From contig NC_043010.1 of the NCBI RefSeq assembly GCF_006345805.1, forward strand, positions 42,346,001-42,410,000: a DNA stretch of 64,000 nucleotides. Reading direction: 5' to 3'. This DNA is from Octopus sinensis. Taxonomy: Eukaryota. Below the pieces are notes generated by a model that saw nothing but the letters and a program-made list of their open reading frames with translations, was not told the DNA's origin and did not search any database. The position numbers and the translations under genes were made by a program. This document shows positions 1-11,405 of the stretch, one piece after another (the stretch's first letter is position 1; every line of letters begins with the position of its first letter).

Positions 1-173
1 ATGTATGTATATATGTACATCTGTCCACTTCTTGCCATATTTTTATCCTTCACTTCCTACACACACACACTCACACACACACGCACACGCACACACACAT
101 ACACACCTTAGCTTACAATTTTCTTTCAACAATTGACACTGTCATATATGTATATGTTTGCGTGTCTATGTGT

Positions 174-636
174 GTAAAGAGAAAGTGGGAGTAAGTGTGG
201 TAATAGGCGGAGTAAAACCTTTGAAGTGAGAGAGGGAAATCGTAAAATATTGAGTTTTCTCGAATTTTTGCTTAATTGGGGGTGAAATTGAAATAAATTT
301 ATATGCCATGACCGAATGGAATGTACTTGGAAAAATCATAGGTAAACTCCAATTGAAGAAATTGTGTGAGGAGTAACTCGTTATGTATTTATTTGTTTCT
401 GTTTGCTCTGTATTTTTTTTTTTGAGTAGTGGTTTAAGGTACACTTGTAAAGAGAAAGTAGAAGAAATTATGGTAATAGCATGAGTGAAGCAGTTGAAAT
501 TAGAGAGGCAAATCGTAAAATATTTACTGTTCTCGAAATTTTGCTTAATTGGGGGTGAAATTGAAAAAACTTTATATGCCATGACCCAATCGAATCTACT
601 TGTAAATATCGTAGTTAAATTCCAATTGAAGAAATT
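174..636. repeat. Diverged direct duplication (190-bp units at 174-363 and 447-636)
   Basis: Units align without gaps at offset 273; about 29 mismatches by hand count. Confidence 0.9.
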
Positions 637-685
637 CTATATTGTAGAATTGTATTAAAAAGGAACATGGGAACAGGCAGAGAAA

Positions 686-799
686 ATTTGCCTTTTAAGA
701 GATTTATTATTCATTTATTTAGTTATTCATTTAATTATCTATTTGCCTTTTAAGAGATTTATTATTCATTTATTTAGTTATTCATTTAATTATCTATTT
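686..799. repeat. Exact 55-bp tandem duplication
   Basis: atttgccttttaagagatttattattc...attatct occurs at 686-740 and 741-795. Confidence 0.95.
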
Positions 800-1230
800 C
801 TTTATTTATTTATTTTGCACGTTTAAAATTCTTTGTCATTAATTTTCCCCTCTATTCAATACCGTACTGATGTAGAGGTCGGTTAGCTTGTTGCTTCAAG
901 GGTTAATAAAACCTTACTTTGATTTACTGGCAACACTAGTCGTTTCCATTGACACATTGTCACCACTTCAAAGAGATACATGCGCCAGATGTTTGCAGTC
1001 TCCAGGGTATTACTGTCAAGGAAAGTATCGGTAACAATGGCGACCCAGCTTAACGAGTAACTCGAAGCGTAAAGAAGACATGTCATCTCGCCTGGACATT
1101 TGTCATTGTCAAGTCCAGTGGGCTTTACAGATATTCTTGCACAAGCCGCGGGTCCTTTGATTATATAAATCATTTCATCTGACAGCGTCATCTCTGAAGG
1201 CACCAGCGACCATTCTAGGACACAAAGAGG

Positions 1231-1542
1231 TCATCATCATTGTTCGATCGTGGTCGAGACAATGGAACTTACTGTGCTACGCCAGACTTCACGGGCCATC
1301 ATAGCATTACGGAGGTCCTGTTGCTGGATGCCTGTATCCCTGTAGATTACATCAGGGTAGGAGAGTGTGCGCCCTCTGGTATCACGAGCAGATGGCTTCC
1401 AGAGGAGAAGAGTAGAAATTACCTCGTTTTCAGCTCTACAACAATGTCCAGCAAACTGGACTCTTCTACCTTTTCACAAGGGATGATACAGGTGGTAACT
1501 TCCCGTATATTTGTACTTTGGTTGGATGACGCTTCCACGAGG
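1231..1542 (-). mobile_element. 5'-truncated RTE-clade LINE 3' end with (TGA)n tail
   Basis: Minus-strand translation with one frameshift: SWKRHPTKVQIYGKLPPVSSLVK/GRRVQFAGHCCRAENEVISTLLLWKPSARDTRGRTLSYPDVIYRDTGIQQQDLRNAMMAREVWRS...EQ*, then tgatgatga. This matches the RTE RT C-terminus (RRLxFAGH...DRxxWR). Confidence 0.85.
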
Positions 1543-1777
1543 TAACTGCATGATGTACCGGTCCACAGCACGCATGCAGCAGCCAACTCTGAAAGGTTTT
1601 GCTGATTTGTTTCTTGGCAAGCCCGCACTCCGCATATCTCTCAATGACCTTGAGTCTTTTCAAAAGGAATTAGTTATATGAAAACGGGAGTGGCCTAATT
1701 GATAAATAAACTAAAACACTTCACTCTGATTTACTTAATATCAAGAGGGAAGTTTATCTCGCTCCCAAATACTCTCA

Positions 1778-2058
1778 CATGATCAAATCAACAACTTGTA
1801 CGCTGAATTAGGCATGTATGTGGTTGAGTATTCCATAAACACGTGTACTCTTAACGAAATTCTCAAACTCAGCATGATATACTGTGTGACAAAACTGGAT
1901 CTTTGATTTACAAATACAATCCTTCGGACAGGCTTATAAGCTAATTAGCAACTGACTGACAAGGTTTGGGTTGACCTGATACTGTAGTAAAATACTGTTG
2001 CTCAAGGCACTATATAGGGGCTCCGAATCCGGGTCCTTGTGATTGCGAAGCGAACTAC
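1778..2058 (-). mobile_element. Old degenerate SINE with a family-A-like head and a family-C1-like tail
   Basis: 1795-1920 aligns to the tail of the SINE at 11021-11405 (cacgtgtac.cttaacg; gtgacaaa). 1955-2058 resembles the reverse complement of the family A head. Confidence 0.55.
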
Positions 2059-2059
2059 T

Positions 2060-2167
2060 GAGCGTAGGCTCGAAACGTAAAAGACTTTCTCACCTTCCCA
2101 AGCGTTAAACTAATACACCTGCTTGTTGTTTATACACTTGTCTTCGTCTTTTTTTTCTGTAAATTTC
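2060..2167 (+). repeat. Repeat family F fragment carrying the 3' half of a hammerhead motif (likely Penelope pseudo-LTR)
   Basis: GAGC-gtag-GCTC-GAAAC-GTA-aaag; the downstream sequence matches the copy at 36143-36225. Confidence 0.65.
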
Positions 2168-2401
2168 AGCTACTGAATTGTTAGGCCCATTCTATGTCTA
2201 TACTAAACACATACTCATTCTTACACACACATGCAAACATACCTACACACAATCTGTAATGATAAATGCTAAAACAAATTTCTGGATGTCAGTGTGTCAA
2301 CTTTCACCCCTTCTTTCACTATTTAATGACACTTCTACTCTTCTTGCTAGGATGAGAGTAATAGTAGGCATAGAGACGGTGAGGGCGGTAGTAGATTGAC
2401 A

Positions 2402-2690
2402 GTTGAGATGGTAATGGGGTTGATAGTAATAATATGAGCTGCAGTTGTGGTAGAGGCAGAGGTGACGTTGATGATGGTGGTGGTGATGGTGGTGGTGCTG
2501 GTGCTGGTGGTGGTGGTGGTGGTGGTGGTGGTGGTAGCTGAGGCGGTCAAGCATAATGGTGATAGTAAGAGATGTGAAAGACATTGATGAGGTGGTGGAG
2601 GGAAAGGCGGCGAAGTCAAAAGTATTGATGGTTGTGGCGTCAAAAGTCTGAATGGTGTGTGTATGGCAGTTGTGATGGTGATTGTGGTTG
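2402..2690. repeat. Degenerate (GGT/GAT)n trinucleotide tract
   Basis: (GGT)n core at about 2475-2535; source of the spurious His/Thr-rich ORFs. Confidence 0.9.
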
Positions 2691-2806
2691 TACAGAAAGA
2701 GAGAGAGAGAGAAAGAAAGAAAGAGTACAGTTCTATATTTAAGAGATGAGGAATTATGTACATTATTTACAATTGACGGATATTTGTCCTCATCTTGTTT
2801 GTCGTT

Positions 2807-2852
2807 AACACAACGTTTCGGCTGAAATATACTCCAGCCTTCATCAGATGTC
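2807..2852 (-). ncRNA. Minimal type I hammerhead ribozyme motif within a repeat spanning about 2739-2900
   Basis: Minus strand: GACAT-CTGATGA-A-GGCTG-gagtatattt-CAGCC-GAAAC-GTT-GTGTT. Helix I GACAT/GTGTT has two G-U pairs, helix II is at least 5 bp, helix III is palindromic AC|GT, and the cleavage triplet is GUU. Confidence 0.8.
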
Positions 2853-2906
2853 TTGGGGAAATTACGAACCTGGGTTCTCATTCCTAAGGTATTTTCGATG
2901 TTGTTG

Positions 2907-2910
<4 letters not shown>

Positions 2911-2977
<67 letters not shown>

Positions 2978-3190
2978 TTATGTTTGACTTTTGCTTTACA
3001 TTTGTACAAGTTGGCTCCAAGTCTCACCCAGAAACCTCAAAAGACAAGTTGGAAGTTCATGTTGGTGTCATACCTAGGGTGCTATATATTTCGTTTTGTA
3101 CATAGTGTTGTTCTAGTGAATGTTTAAGAAACCATAAGAAAATTATGTTTGTTTTAAAACTTGAGATTACATAGAAAGTATTTTGCGTAG

Positions 3191-3193
<3 letters not shown>
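2911..3193 (-). mobile_element. R4/Dong-like (RLE) LINE 3' end: last codons, 3' UTR and (TAA)n tail
   Basis: Minus strand reads VLRKILSM* (compare the GTAHILRKVL terminus of RLE elements), then about 190 nt of UTR, then a long (TAA)n run at 2911-2977. Confidence 0.65.
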
Positions 3194-3418
<225 letters not shown>

Positions 3419-3981
3419 CTCATACAGACAGACAGATGATGTTGATAAGATAAACATCGATTTGTGAAACTAATATTGAAATTCATTTGATCAAACTCCC
3501 TACTGCCTCGGACATCTGTCTTAAATTATTAATTTGAGTAGTTTTGATCAGAATCAAAATATTGACTTGTTTGTTAACTGCTATATTGATTGCTGATATC
3601 CAGCACATTTACATGAAATTGCTTATAGGTTTTAGTGAGTTTTTATCTATAATAAAGTTCCCTCTCTGTTTTGCTGGACCAGAGGGGTTAAAATTACATT
3701 TATTTTTACTCGGAAAAATACTATATATACTTTTTTTTAATGGAAGAACGTAAGATGAAAAAAAATCGATTGCAGCTTATGGCTTCTTTTTTGCTTCGAT
3801 TTACCACTACAGGGTAGGTAAAACTATTAGTTTCACCCGTTAGTGTTCCCACCAAACTCAGTTCCGTTAGCATTAATAAACTAATTAGCATTCAAACTAA
3901 CGAGGAAACGTCTACAAGAAAGTGCGACATGCTAGAAAGAGTAGCCTGATCTCGCTCATGTTAAACCGTCCTAAAATATAC

Positions 3982-4217
3982 CTATTTCTTTACTACCCAC
4001 AAGGGGCTAAACACAGAGGGGACAAACAAGGACAGACAGACGGATTAAATCGATTATATCGACCCCAGTGCGTAACTGGTACTTATTTAATCGACCCCGA
4101 AAGGATGAATGGCAAAATCGACCTCGGCGGAATTTGAACTCAGAACATAGCGGCAGACGAAATACCGCAAAGCAGTTCGCCCGGCGTGCTAACGTTTCTG
4201 CCAGCTCGCCGCCCTAG
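3982..4217 (-). mobile_element. SINE family B, full length, 16-bp TSD
   Basis: Reverse complement of ggcggcgagctggcagaa...gagttcaaattcc...gtagtaaagaaata. TSD ccgtcctaaaatatac at 3966-3981 and 4218-4233. Confidence 0.92.
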
Positions 4218-5575
4218 CCGTCCTAAAATATACAGTGTTGGTCACCCCATATCTGCGAAATATTCAGATGGTCAAAACCGAATTGCTTTTGACCATCATA
4301 CAAGCATAATTAAAATAAGGTGATGCGCGTGGCCTGTCTTTATCAGCATTTCTTCACAGCAATTTTGAGTTAATTGTTTTTCAGTGCAAGGGTCCGCAAA
4401 CTCATGTTCCACCCCAGGCAACATAAATTCTAGCCACACCACTAGATCATTGGTTTACGAACTCAGGTCTGGCCCAGAGTAAAACAACAAACGACAACTG
4501 ATAAACATTGAATTGCAACATATATTTTGCAGAATATATTCTTTATCATGGCCGATAGCATTTCTTTCAAACCATACACATATACAAATCTTAAAATGGT
4601 GAAAAACACAGTATACAATTTGGTTGTAGATACTCAATACACAGAAAAATGGGATGGTTACGGCTGGGAGGCATATGATCACATGTTTGATTGATCGGTG
4701 TTGAGATGGAACTATTAACCAAGTGTGTTTAACTAATAAATCAATGTAGACAATTACAGCAAGGTCAATGCCAGGAGTCTAAGGTGAAATATGTAAAGTA
4801 CTTTACTGGAAATATCCACATGCTTTAATTTCCTCCCATTTTTTGCTTATATTAAAACCTAACAATAGATTTATGTACAACATTCAACTCTAAAAAAAAA
4901 ATATTCAACTTCAGGAAACTATATCTGCTGAAATAGTAGTTTATGTGAGCTATAGAATAATGGTGTATGAGATTGCCTTCATTAACTTCCCTGTCACAAT
5001 AATAACTCCTCTCAATGCCGTTCTCATGCCAATAATTAACTGATCGATTTTTTGTCAATTGCATGACTCAGTCGTAACAACCGGACCGATAGCAATATAG
5101 AATATCTGTGCCACTAAAAGACCAATAGAAAAAAAATAAATAAAATAAAATAAATGAATAAATAATAAAAAGTAAAAATTTCTTGTTTTTCTAAAGATTT
5201 ATGACTACTTTTATAGTCAGTGAAAAATACTATGACAGAAGGGAAATATTGAAAAACTGAAATATCTTGCAGCAGTTTAATATGAATTGGGCTATTTCAC
5301 ACTTTCATCTATAATATTCGGGTTTTACCATTGCTTGTTCGTATTTTCTCTGCCTCATATTCTATTTTGATATTGTTGTTTTCAGTGATAATTGTCCCTT
5401 GGTGGGTCCTATTATCCTCAATCGTGTTATAATAAACTTCTTTTATTAGTACATCTAATTCTTTCAGTTCGTAGTTCTACTACAAGTGTTTCGCAAAACA
5501 ATCAAGTTCTCAAGACTGAGCTGATAACTACACTCATAAAATTTTGAGTAAGAAACTTATAAGACATGAACAACC

Positions 5576-5747
5576 AGGCGCAGGAGTGGCTGTGTGGTAA
5601 GTAGCTTGCTTATGAACCACATGGTTCTGGGTTCAGTCCCACTGCGTGGCACCTTGGGCAAGTGTCTTCTACTATAGTCTCGGGCCGACCAAAGCCTTGT
5701 GAGTGGATTTGGTATGCGGAAACTGAAAGAAGCCCGTCGTATATATG

Positions 5748-5808
<61 letters not shown>

Positions 5809-6025
5809 ATGTTTGTGTGTCTGTGTTTGTCCCCCTAGCATTGCTTGACAACTCATGTTGGTGTGATTATGTCCTCGTCACTTAGCGGTTCGGCAAAAGG
5901 GACCGATTGAATAAGTACTGGGCTTACAAAGAATAAGTCCCGGGGTCGAGTTGCTCGATCAAAGGCGGTGCTCCAGCATGGCCGCAGTCAAATGACTGAA
6001 ACAAGTAAAAGAGAGTAAAAGAGTA
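5576..6025 (+). mobile_element. SINE family A, full length (tRNA-like head, internal (TA)n(TG)n, tandem-repeat tail)
   Basis: A-box-like tggctgtgtgg and B-box-like ggttcagtccc; tail stem-loop cagtc-aaat-gactg followed by (aaagagt)n; many near-identical copies in the window. Confidence 0.92.
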
Positions 6026-6202
6026 AACATTTTTGTTCTAGAAATCATAAAATATTGCTCAGAAATAAATTTTTTACAGACCCAGACTAACGGACGTTTA
6101 TAGCTTTTTTTTTTACTGTTACTGATGTTGTTGAGATGTAAGTATTAAAGAGGTCGCTGAGAATAAGTTGTAGTACATGATATACGATGGAGGTAATATA
6201 CA

Positions 6203-6250
<48 letters not shown>

Positions 6251-6574
6251 TGAGTGTGTCGCTGTATCCTCCAGATTGTCGAATGTTGATATACAATATT
6301 TGTGAAGCAGAGAATTTCTTAGGGATAAAAGACGTTATTTTTATAAACAGCATGATGAATGCCGGCATACATTTGTTCAAAATATTTTCCTCGACTAACT
6401 TCTAACAGGTCTAGGTAACAATAAGCTTGTATTTTGATTTCACCCTCACGCTTTCGCTTTTATGATTTTCATTTAACTACAATGCTTAATCTGAATGAAA
6501 CTTTTAAAATATTTTATACTTTGTGCTCAGGCATGTAATAGATCATTTTTTTATCCGTCCTTATATATTTAATT

Positions 6575-6895
6575 TGCTTTGCGGAAAGGACTGTTTCAAC
6601 GAAGTCGTGTCTCGCCTTTACTTTCGAAACACGGAGTAGACGAAGCAGAGGCGGCTGAAGAAGGGGAATTTTCCTTGTGTTGTATGTCTAGTACTCTGTT
6701 TTTTCGTTGTTTAAAAAAATTGTCCGTTTCCATGGTTTTGTTTTTATGTCTTCGTTTCTCATTGTGTTCGACGTTTTTTTTTTGTGTCCTGTACCCATAT
6801 ATGCATGTATATATACATATAGATGTAGGTACTACATATATGTATGTATATACGCATATATTTTATTTATTATTTTGTTCTTATATATTTATACT
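6575..6895 (+). repeat. Repeat family E copy (possibly Penelope pseudo-LTR derived)
   Basis: Aligns to 38652-38910, 58366-58540 and 61430-61735 (gaaac...ctgaagaaggg...ttcgtttctcattgtgttc...atatgcatgtatatat). Confidence 0.7.
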
Positions 6896-7826
6896 TTTAT
6901 TTTAACAATTTTCTAGCAGCTTATTCATACACACGAGACACTTGTAATAAACCAATACTCCACACCGTCCTACTTTTCTCGGCATTAAGTTTTACAACCT
7001 TTTCTTTGTGAGTCAAACATTTCCAAAAGGACCAAAAAAGCCCCTCATTGTCTTTCATTCACTCCTTTCGTTTTCTTTTCTTTACCCGTTTTTTACGCCA
7101 CTTCACAATTTTTACAAACACGTTTTTTGTTCATGGTTTCACATTCTTCCTTCTGTTTTCCTATCCGTTTGCCTGTGTTCATCCTGAATGTTTAGCATGT
7201 ATATGTGGCTGACAATCATTGCATTTGCCATTCACCGTTCTGCAGGATGAGCCTACAAAGTTTGAAAGGAAGTATGTTTCACCGAACCAACAGTGAATTA
7301 TGGATCTGTATACTAACTATAGTACGTACAGAAGCCTATCTTATATAACTGTTGACTAAAATGTGAAAATAATTTAGGTGAGCTGCCCAAACCAGAAAAC
7401 TGGGCTATGACGTAAGCTTAAAGGATGTATTTCGTTTATATTACGCAGTATGCATAAAGGTAACTATATAAGCATCGAGATAGACTTACGTCTATACATG
7501 TATTGTTATAAGGTTATCTTACAGATCAGAAAGCTAAATCCTAGTTGAGTATTGTAGAGTACATGATGTGTATCAACTACGGAATATATGACAAAAACGG
7601 CAAAATCTGTTGTATGATTCTGTTGATTATAAATATAAGTAGGCTGTTTTGATTTCAGTGTTTGTTCATTAGTTCTCATGCTGTGATATTGGTAGAGAGA
7701 TATGACAACACGTTCTTTCTTTTCTACCTATTTAGACAAGCAGGAAGGTAAAGTTTAAAATAAATCAGCTCAGTCAAGATTCTCCGCAAGCAAATATATA
7801 TGTGTATATATATATATATATATATA

Positions 7827-7879
<53 letters not shown>

Positions 7880-7912
7880 TATTAGAAGAAAAGAAGAAAG
7901 AAGAAAATATAA

Positions 7913-8160
7913 GAAGCTAGGATCACCAAGCATAGATTGGCATATTTTGGTCATATTATGCGGAGAAAATCTCTGGAGAAGGACATCATGGCCGGAATGG
8001 TCAGTGGCAGGAGAGGAAGAGGCCAACCAAGAACCCGCTGGCTTGACACCATCAAGAGTGATACCGGAATGGACATAGCCAATCTGAAAGAAGCGGCCCA
8101 GGATAGAACTGACTGGAGGATACTGATCCATCGAGTAACCGAGAGTCGACTTCGACTGAG

Positions 8161-8164
<4 letters not shown>
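7913..8164 (+). mobile_element. RTE/BovB-like LINE 3' fragment with an open reading frame
   Basis: EARITKHRLAYFGHIMRRKSLEKDIMAGMVSGRRGRGQPRTRWLDTIKSDTGMDIANLKEAAQDRTDWRILIHRVTESRLRLSG matches the BovB-type RT C-terminus (YFGH..LEK..RGR..RWLD..DR.WR..SR.RL). Flanked by (TA)n. Confidence 0.9.
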
Positions 8165-8192
<28 letters not shown>

Positions 8193-8193
8193 C

Positions 8194-8265
<72 letters not shown>

Positions 8266-8284
8266 AAGAAAGAAAGAGAAAGAC

Positions 8285-8380
<96 letters not shown>
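8165..8380. repeat. (TA)n-(GA)n-(GAAA)n-(GATA)n compound microsatellite
   Basis: Direct reading. Confidence 0.95.
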
Positions 8381-8618
8381 GTAGGATCCAGGGATCGAAG
8401 TGTAGGAGGAAAGTTAGCTTCAAGCAATCTGTAGTAAATATAAGAAAACAACTTTCAGGGACAATAGTGGTTTATTGAGACGGAAGATTATGGATTATTT
8501 TCATATCGGAGACCGATAAACTGAAAAAAGTTATTTTTATATTGCACGGTCGGCGACCATGGTTGCCGCGTGAGCGAATAAGAATACAAGAATTACGGAA
8601 TGCAGTTGGAAAGATCGG

Positions 8619-8701
8619 AGCTACATATGTTTCATAGCGAGCGGAACCTCAGAAGTGGTAAAATCCAAGTGAGGTGTATACTGTCGGCTACTCTTCAGGC
8701 C
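8619..8701 (-). ncRNA. Type I hammerhead motif with an elongated helix II
   Basis: Minus strand: GGC-CTGAAGA-GTAGC-[48-nt insert containing an acctca/tgaggt stem]-GCTAT-GAAAC-ATAT-GTA-GCT. Helix III is palindromic (ACATATGT) and the triplet is GUA. Confidence 0.65.
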
Positions 8702-9237
8702 AAGAATATCCTGATTAGATTAAAGGTCACATTGTCGCAAGAAGGTACATGTTGATGCAAGGAAGATTCAATCCGAAAGTGTAGGGAGCACGGTATGAGA
8801 GGAGTATATAAATGTAAGGAGAAATAAATATTAGAAGAAAAGAAGAAAGAAGAAAATGTAAGTTTGTGAAAGGAAGGAGGAATTTAAGCAAGGTCAGTTG
8901 ACGGATGGTAAATAATAGGTTTTGGCTGAATCACAGAATTTAGTAAGGAGATTGGTATTTGAAGAAATGATAATTTGGAGGAGAGAGGGTGCGGAAATAT
9001 TCTTGGTCATGGAGGAAAAAGAAAGTGTGTATGAATAAAGCAAAGCAGAGTGAGGAATTTAAGCACGCTTATTTGACTGTTGGTATCCTAAGGGCTTTTT
9101 TGGCTGAATTACAGAAATTAGCAGGGGAGTGGTATTATAAAAGAAAATTGAAAATTAAAAGATACACTATGAAGTGGTGGAGGTGTATGTAGCGTATTTA
9201 CTTGCAGGTTTACGGATGAACATATATATATATGCAT

Positions 9238-9276
<39 letters not shown>

Positions 9277-9454
9277 CATTATTGCGAGGAAGGGATGGCC
9301 TCCCTTTGGAAATACTTCAAGGGCACTGAAATGGTGTGTAAAGCCAGCTGGATACGACGATCTCCTGGGGCTATAAAGCTACAGTAACACCCCCCTCCCC
9401 TATGTGGTTAGCCATGTTAAGATGGCTTCTATACTTTATATATATATATAATTA

Positions 9455-9675
9455 TACTCTTTACTCTCTTTACTGTTTTGCTTGTTTCAGTCATTTGACT
9501 GCGGCCATGCTGGAGCACCGCCTTTTAGTCAAGGAAATCGCCCCCATGACTCATTCTTTGTAAGCCTAGTACTTATTCAATCGGTTTCTTTTGCCGAACC
9601 GCTAAGTGACGGGAACGTAAACACACCAGCATCGGTTGTCAAGCGATGTTGGGTGGGGGCACAAACACAACCACC

Positions 9676-9766
<91 letters not shown>

Positions 9767-9921
9767 GACGGGCTTCTTTCAGTTTCCGTCTACCAAATCC
9801 ACTCACAAGGCAATAGTAGTGGCTATAGTAGAAGACACTTCCCCAAGGTGCCATGCAGTGGGACTGAACCCAGAACCATGTGGTTCGTAAGCAAGCTACT
9901 TACCACACACCCACTCCTGCG

Positions 9922-9924
<3 letters not shown>
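9455..9924 (-). mobile_element. SINE family A
   Basis: Reverse complement of 5576-6025 with an internal deletion. Confidence 0.9.
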
Positions 9925-9968
<44 letters not shown>

Positions 9969-9993
9969 CATATATATATATGCATATACATAC

Positions 9994-10069
<76 letters not shown>

Positions 10070-11020
10070 CCAGCGTGTGTATCTCTTAGATACCCTATTT
10101 TATAATTTTAACAATAATTATTACCTTTGAAGGTTTTTATTCCCATGCTGGCCACCTGATAAGATCGGTATTTAAATAACCATCGTATCCTTATTTACAT
10201 AAATTTACATATAAATATACATATATATAGCTGTCCTCTTGTTCTGCTTGGCAACAATCAATTTTGGATAACATCTTAGAATACATGTGACATTTTTAAT
10301 ACCATAAACTGGCAGCCATTCATAGTCTTCTTTGTATTACGTTTGTAGCGTTTTACAAAAGAAACAATTTACGCGGGCACGCATGCACTTCGTGATACAT
10401 GATTTTAAATTAAGATTTCATCTGTAGCTGAAATAAGACCTTGTTATGAATATATTTTTTCTCAAAGGTGACGTCCATTAAGTACATATATGTTTACATG
10501 TATCATGCAAATAAGTCTCCCTCTGTGTATACGTGTATGCATATTTGTATGTATCACGTATGCGATGATTGTGTGCATGTGTTTACTCCAAGGCAGTCAA
10601 ATGCAAAATCTTTGGACTGTTGTAGAAATCTTCACTGCACCACATATCGATTGAGTAGTTTTTCAAGTTTTTAAGCAGATCTGTTATTACACATAGCCGT
10701 GAACATGTATGAGAATTGGTAAAAATGAAAATCTATAAATCGGACACAAGGACTTTAAGTTACACCTTAGTTCATAGACTTTCTGTTTTTTTCATATATT
10801 TTGACGAGACTTTTAGATTATAGTAATGCATGATTTTTGCTTCATGTCTCATAGAATAATAACAGGCCGACCGTGATTGCAGTGGATTTTCATCGAAATA
10901 TTTCACCAGTATTCTTTATTTTCAAAGGTGCGAATACAGTATGCACGAATGTATGTATGTGTACATGCATACACCCACACATCCACGAGTACGTATGCCT
11001 GTGTATACATGCGTGTATGT

Positions 11021-11405
11021 TTGAAGCACTCCATCGGTTACGACGACGAGGGTTCCGGTTGATCCGATCAACGGAACAGCCTGCTCGTGAAATTAACGTG
11101 TAAGTGGCTGAGCACTCCACAGACACGTGTACCCTTAACGCAGTTCTCGGGGATATTCAGCGTGACACAGAGAGTGACAAAGCCGGCCCTTTGAAATACA
11201 GGTACAACAGAAACAGGAAGTAAGAGTGAGAGAAAGTTGTGGTGAAAGAGTACAGCAGGGATCACCACCATCCCTGCCGGAGCCTCGTGGTGATTTAGGT
11301 GTTTTCGCTCAATAAACACTCACAACGCCCGGTCTGGGAATCGAAACCGCGATCCTATGACCGCGAGTCCGCTGCCCTAACCACTGAGCCATTGCGCCTC
11401 CACAT
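11021..11405 (-). mobile_element. SINE family C1 (tRNA-derived), full length, 11-bp TSD
   Basis: Head gtggaggcgcaatggctcagtggttagggcagcggactcgcggtc...gtttcgattccc contains A and B boxes. TSD tgcgtgtatgt at 11010-11020 and 11406-11416. Confidence 0.88.

Noticed and set aside
2297-2881. 194-aa His-rich ORF
   Set aside because: The poly-His/Thr comes from a (GGT)n tract, and the 5' part is the hammerhead-bearing repeat.
6620-6680. Type II hammerhead in family E (GAAAC...GTA...CTGAAGA)
   Set aside because: Helix I does not pair convincingly in any copy in this window; a family consensus is needed.
7238-7278. Possible micro-exon (ctgcag|gatgagcc...gaa|gtatgt)
   Set aside because: Splice-like motifs of this quality occur by chance; there is no supporting evidence.
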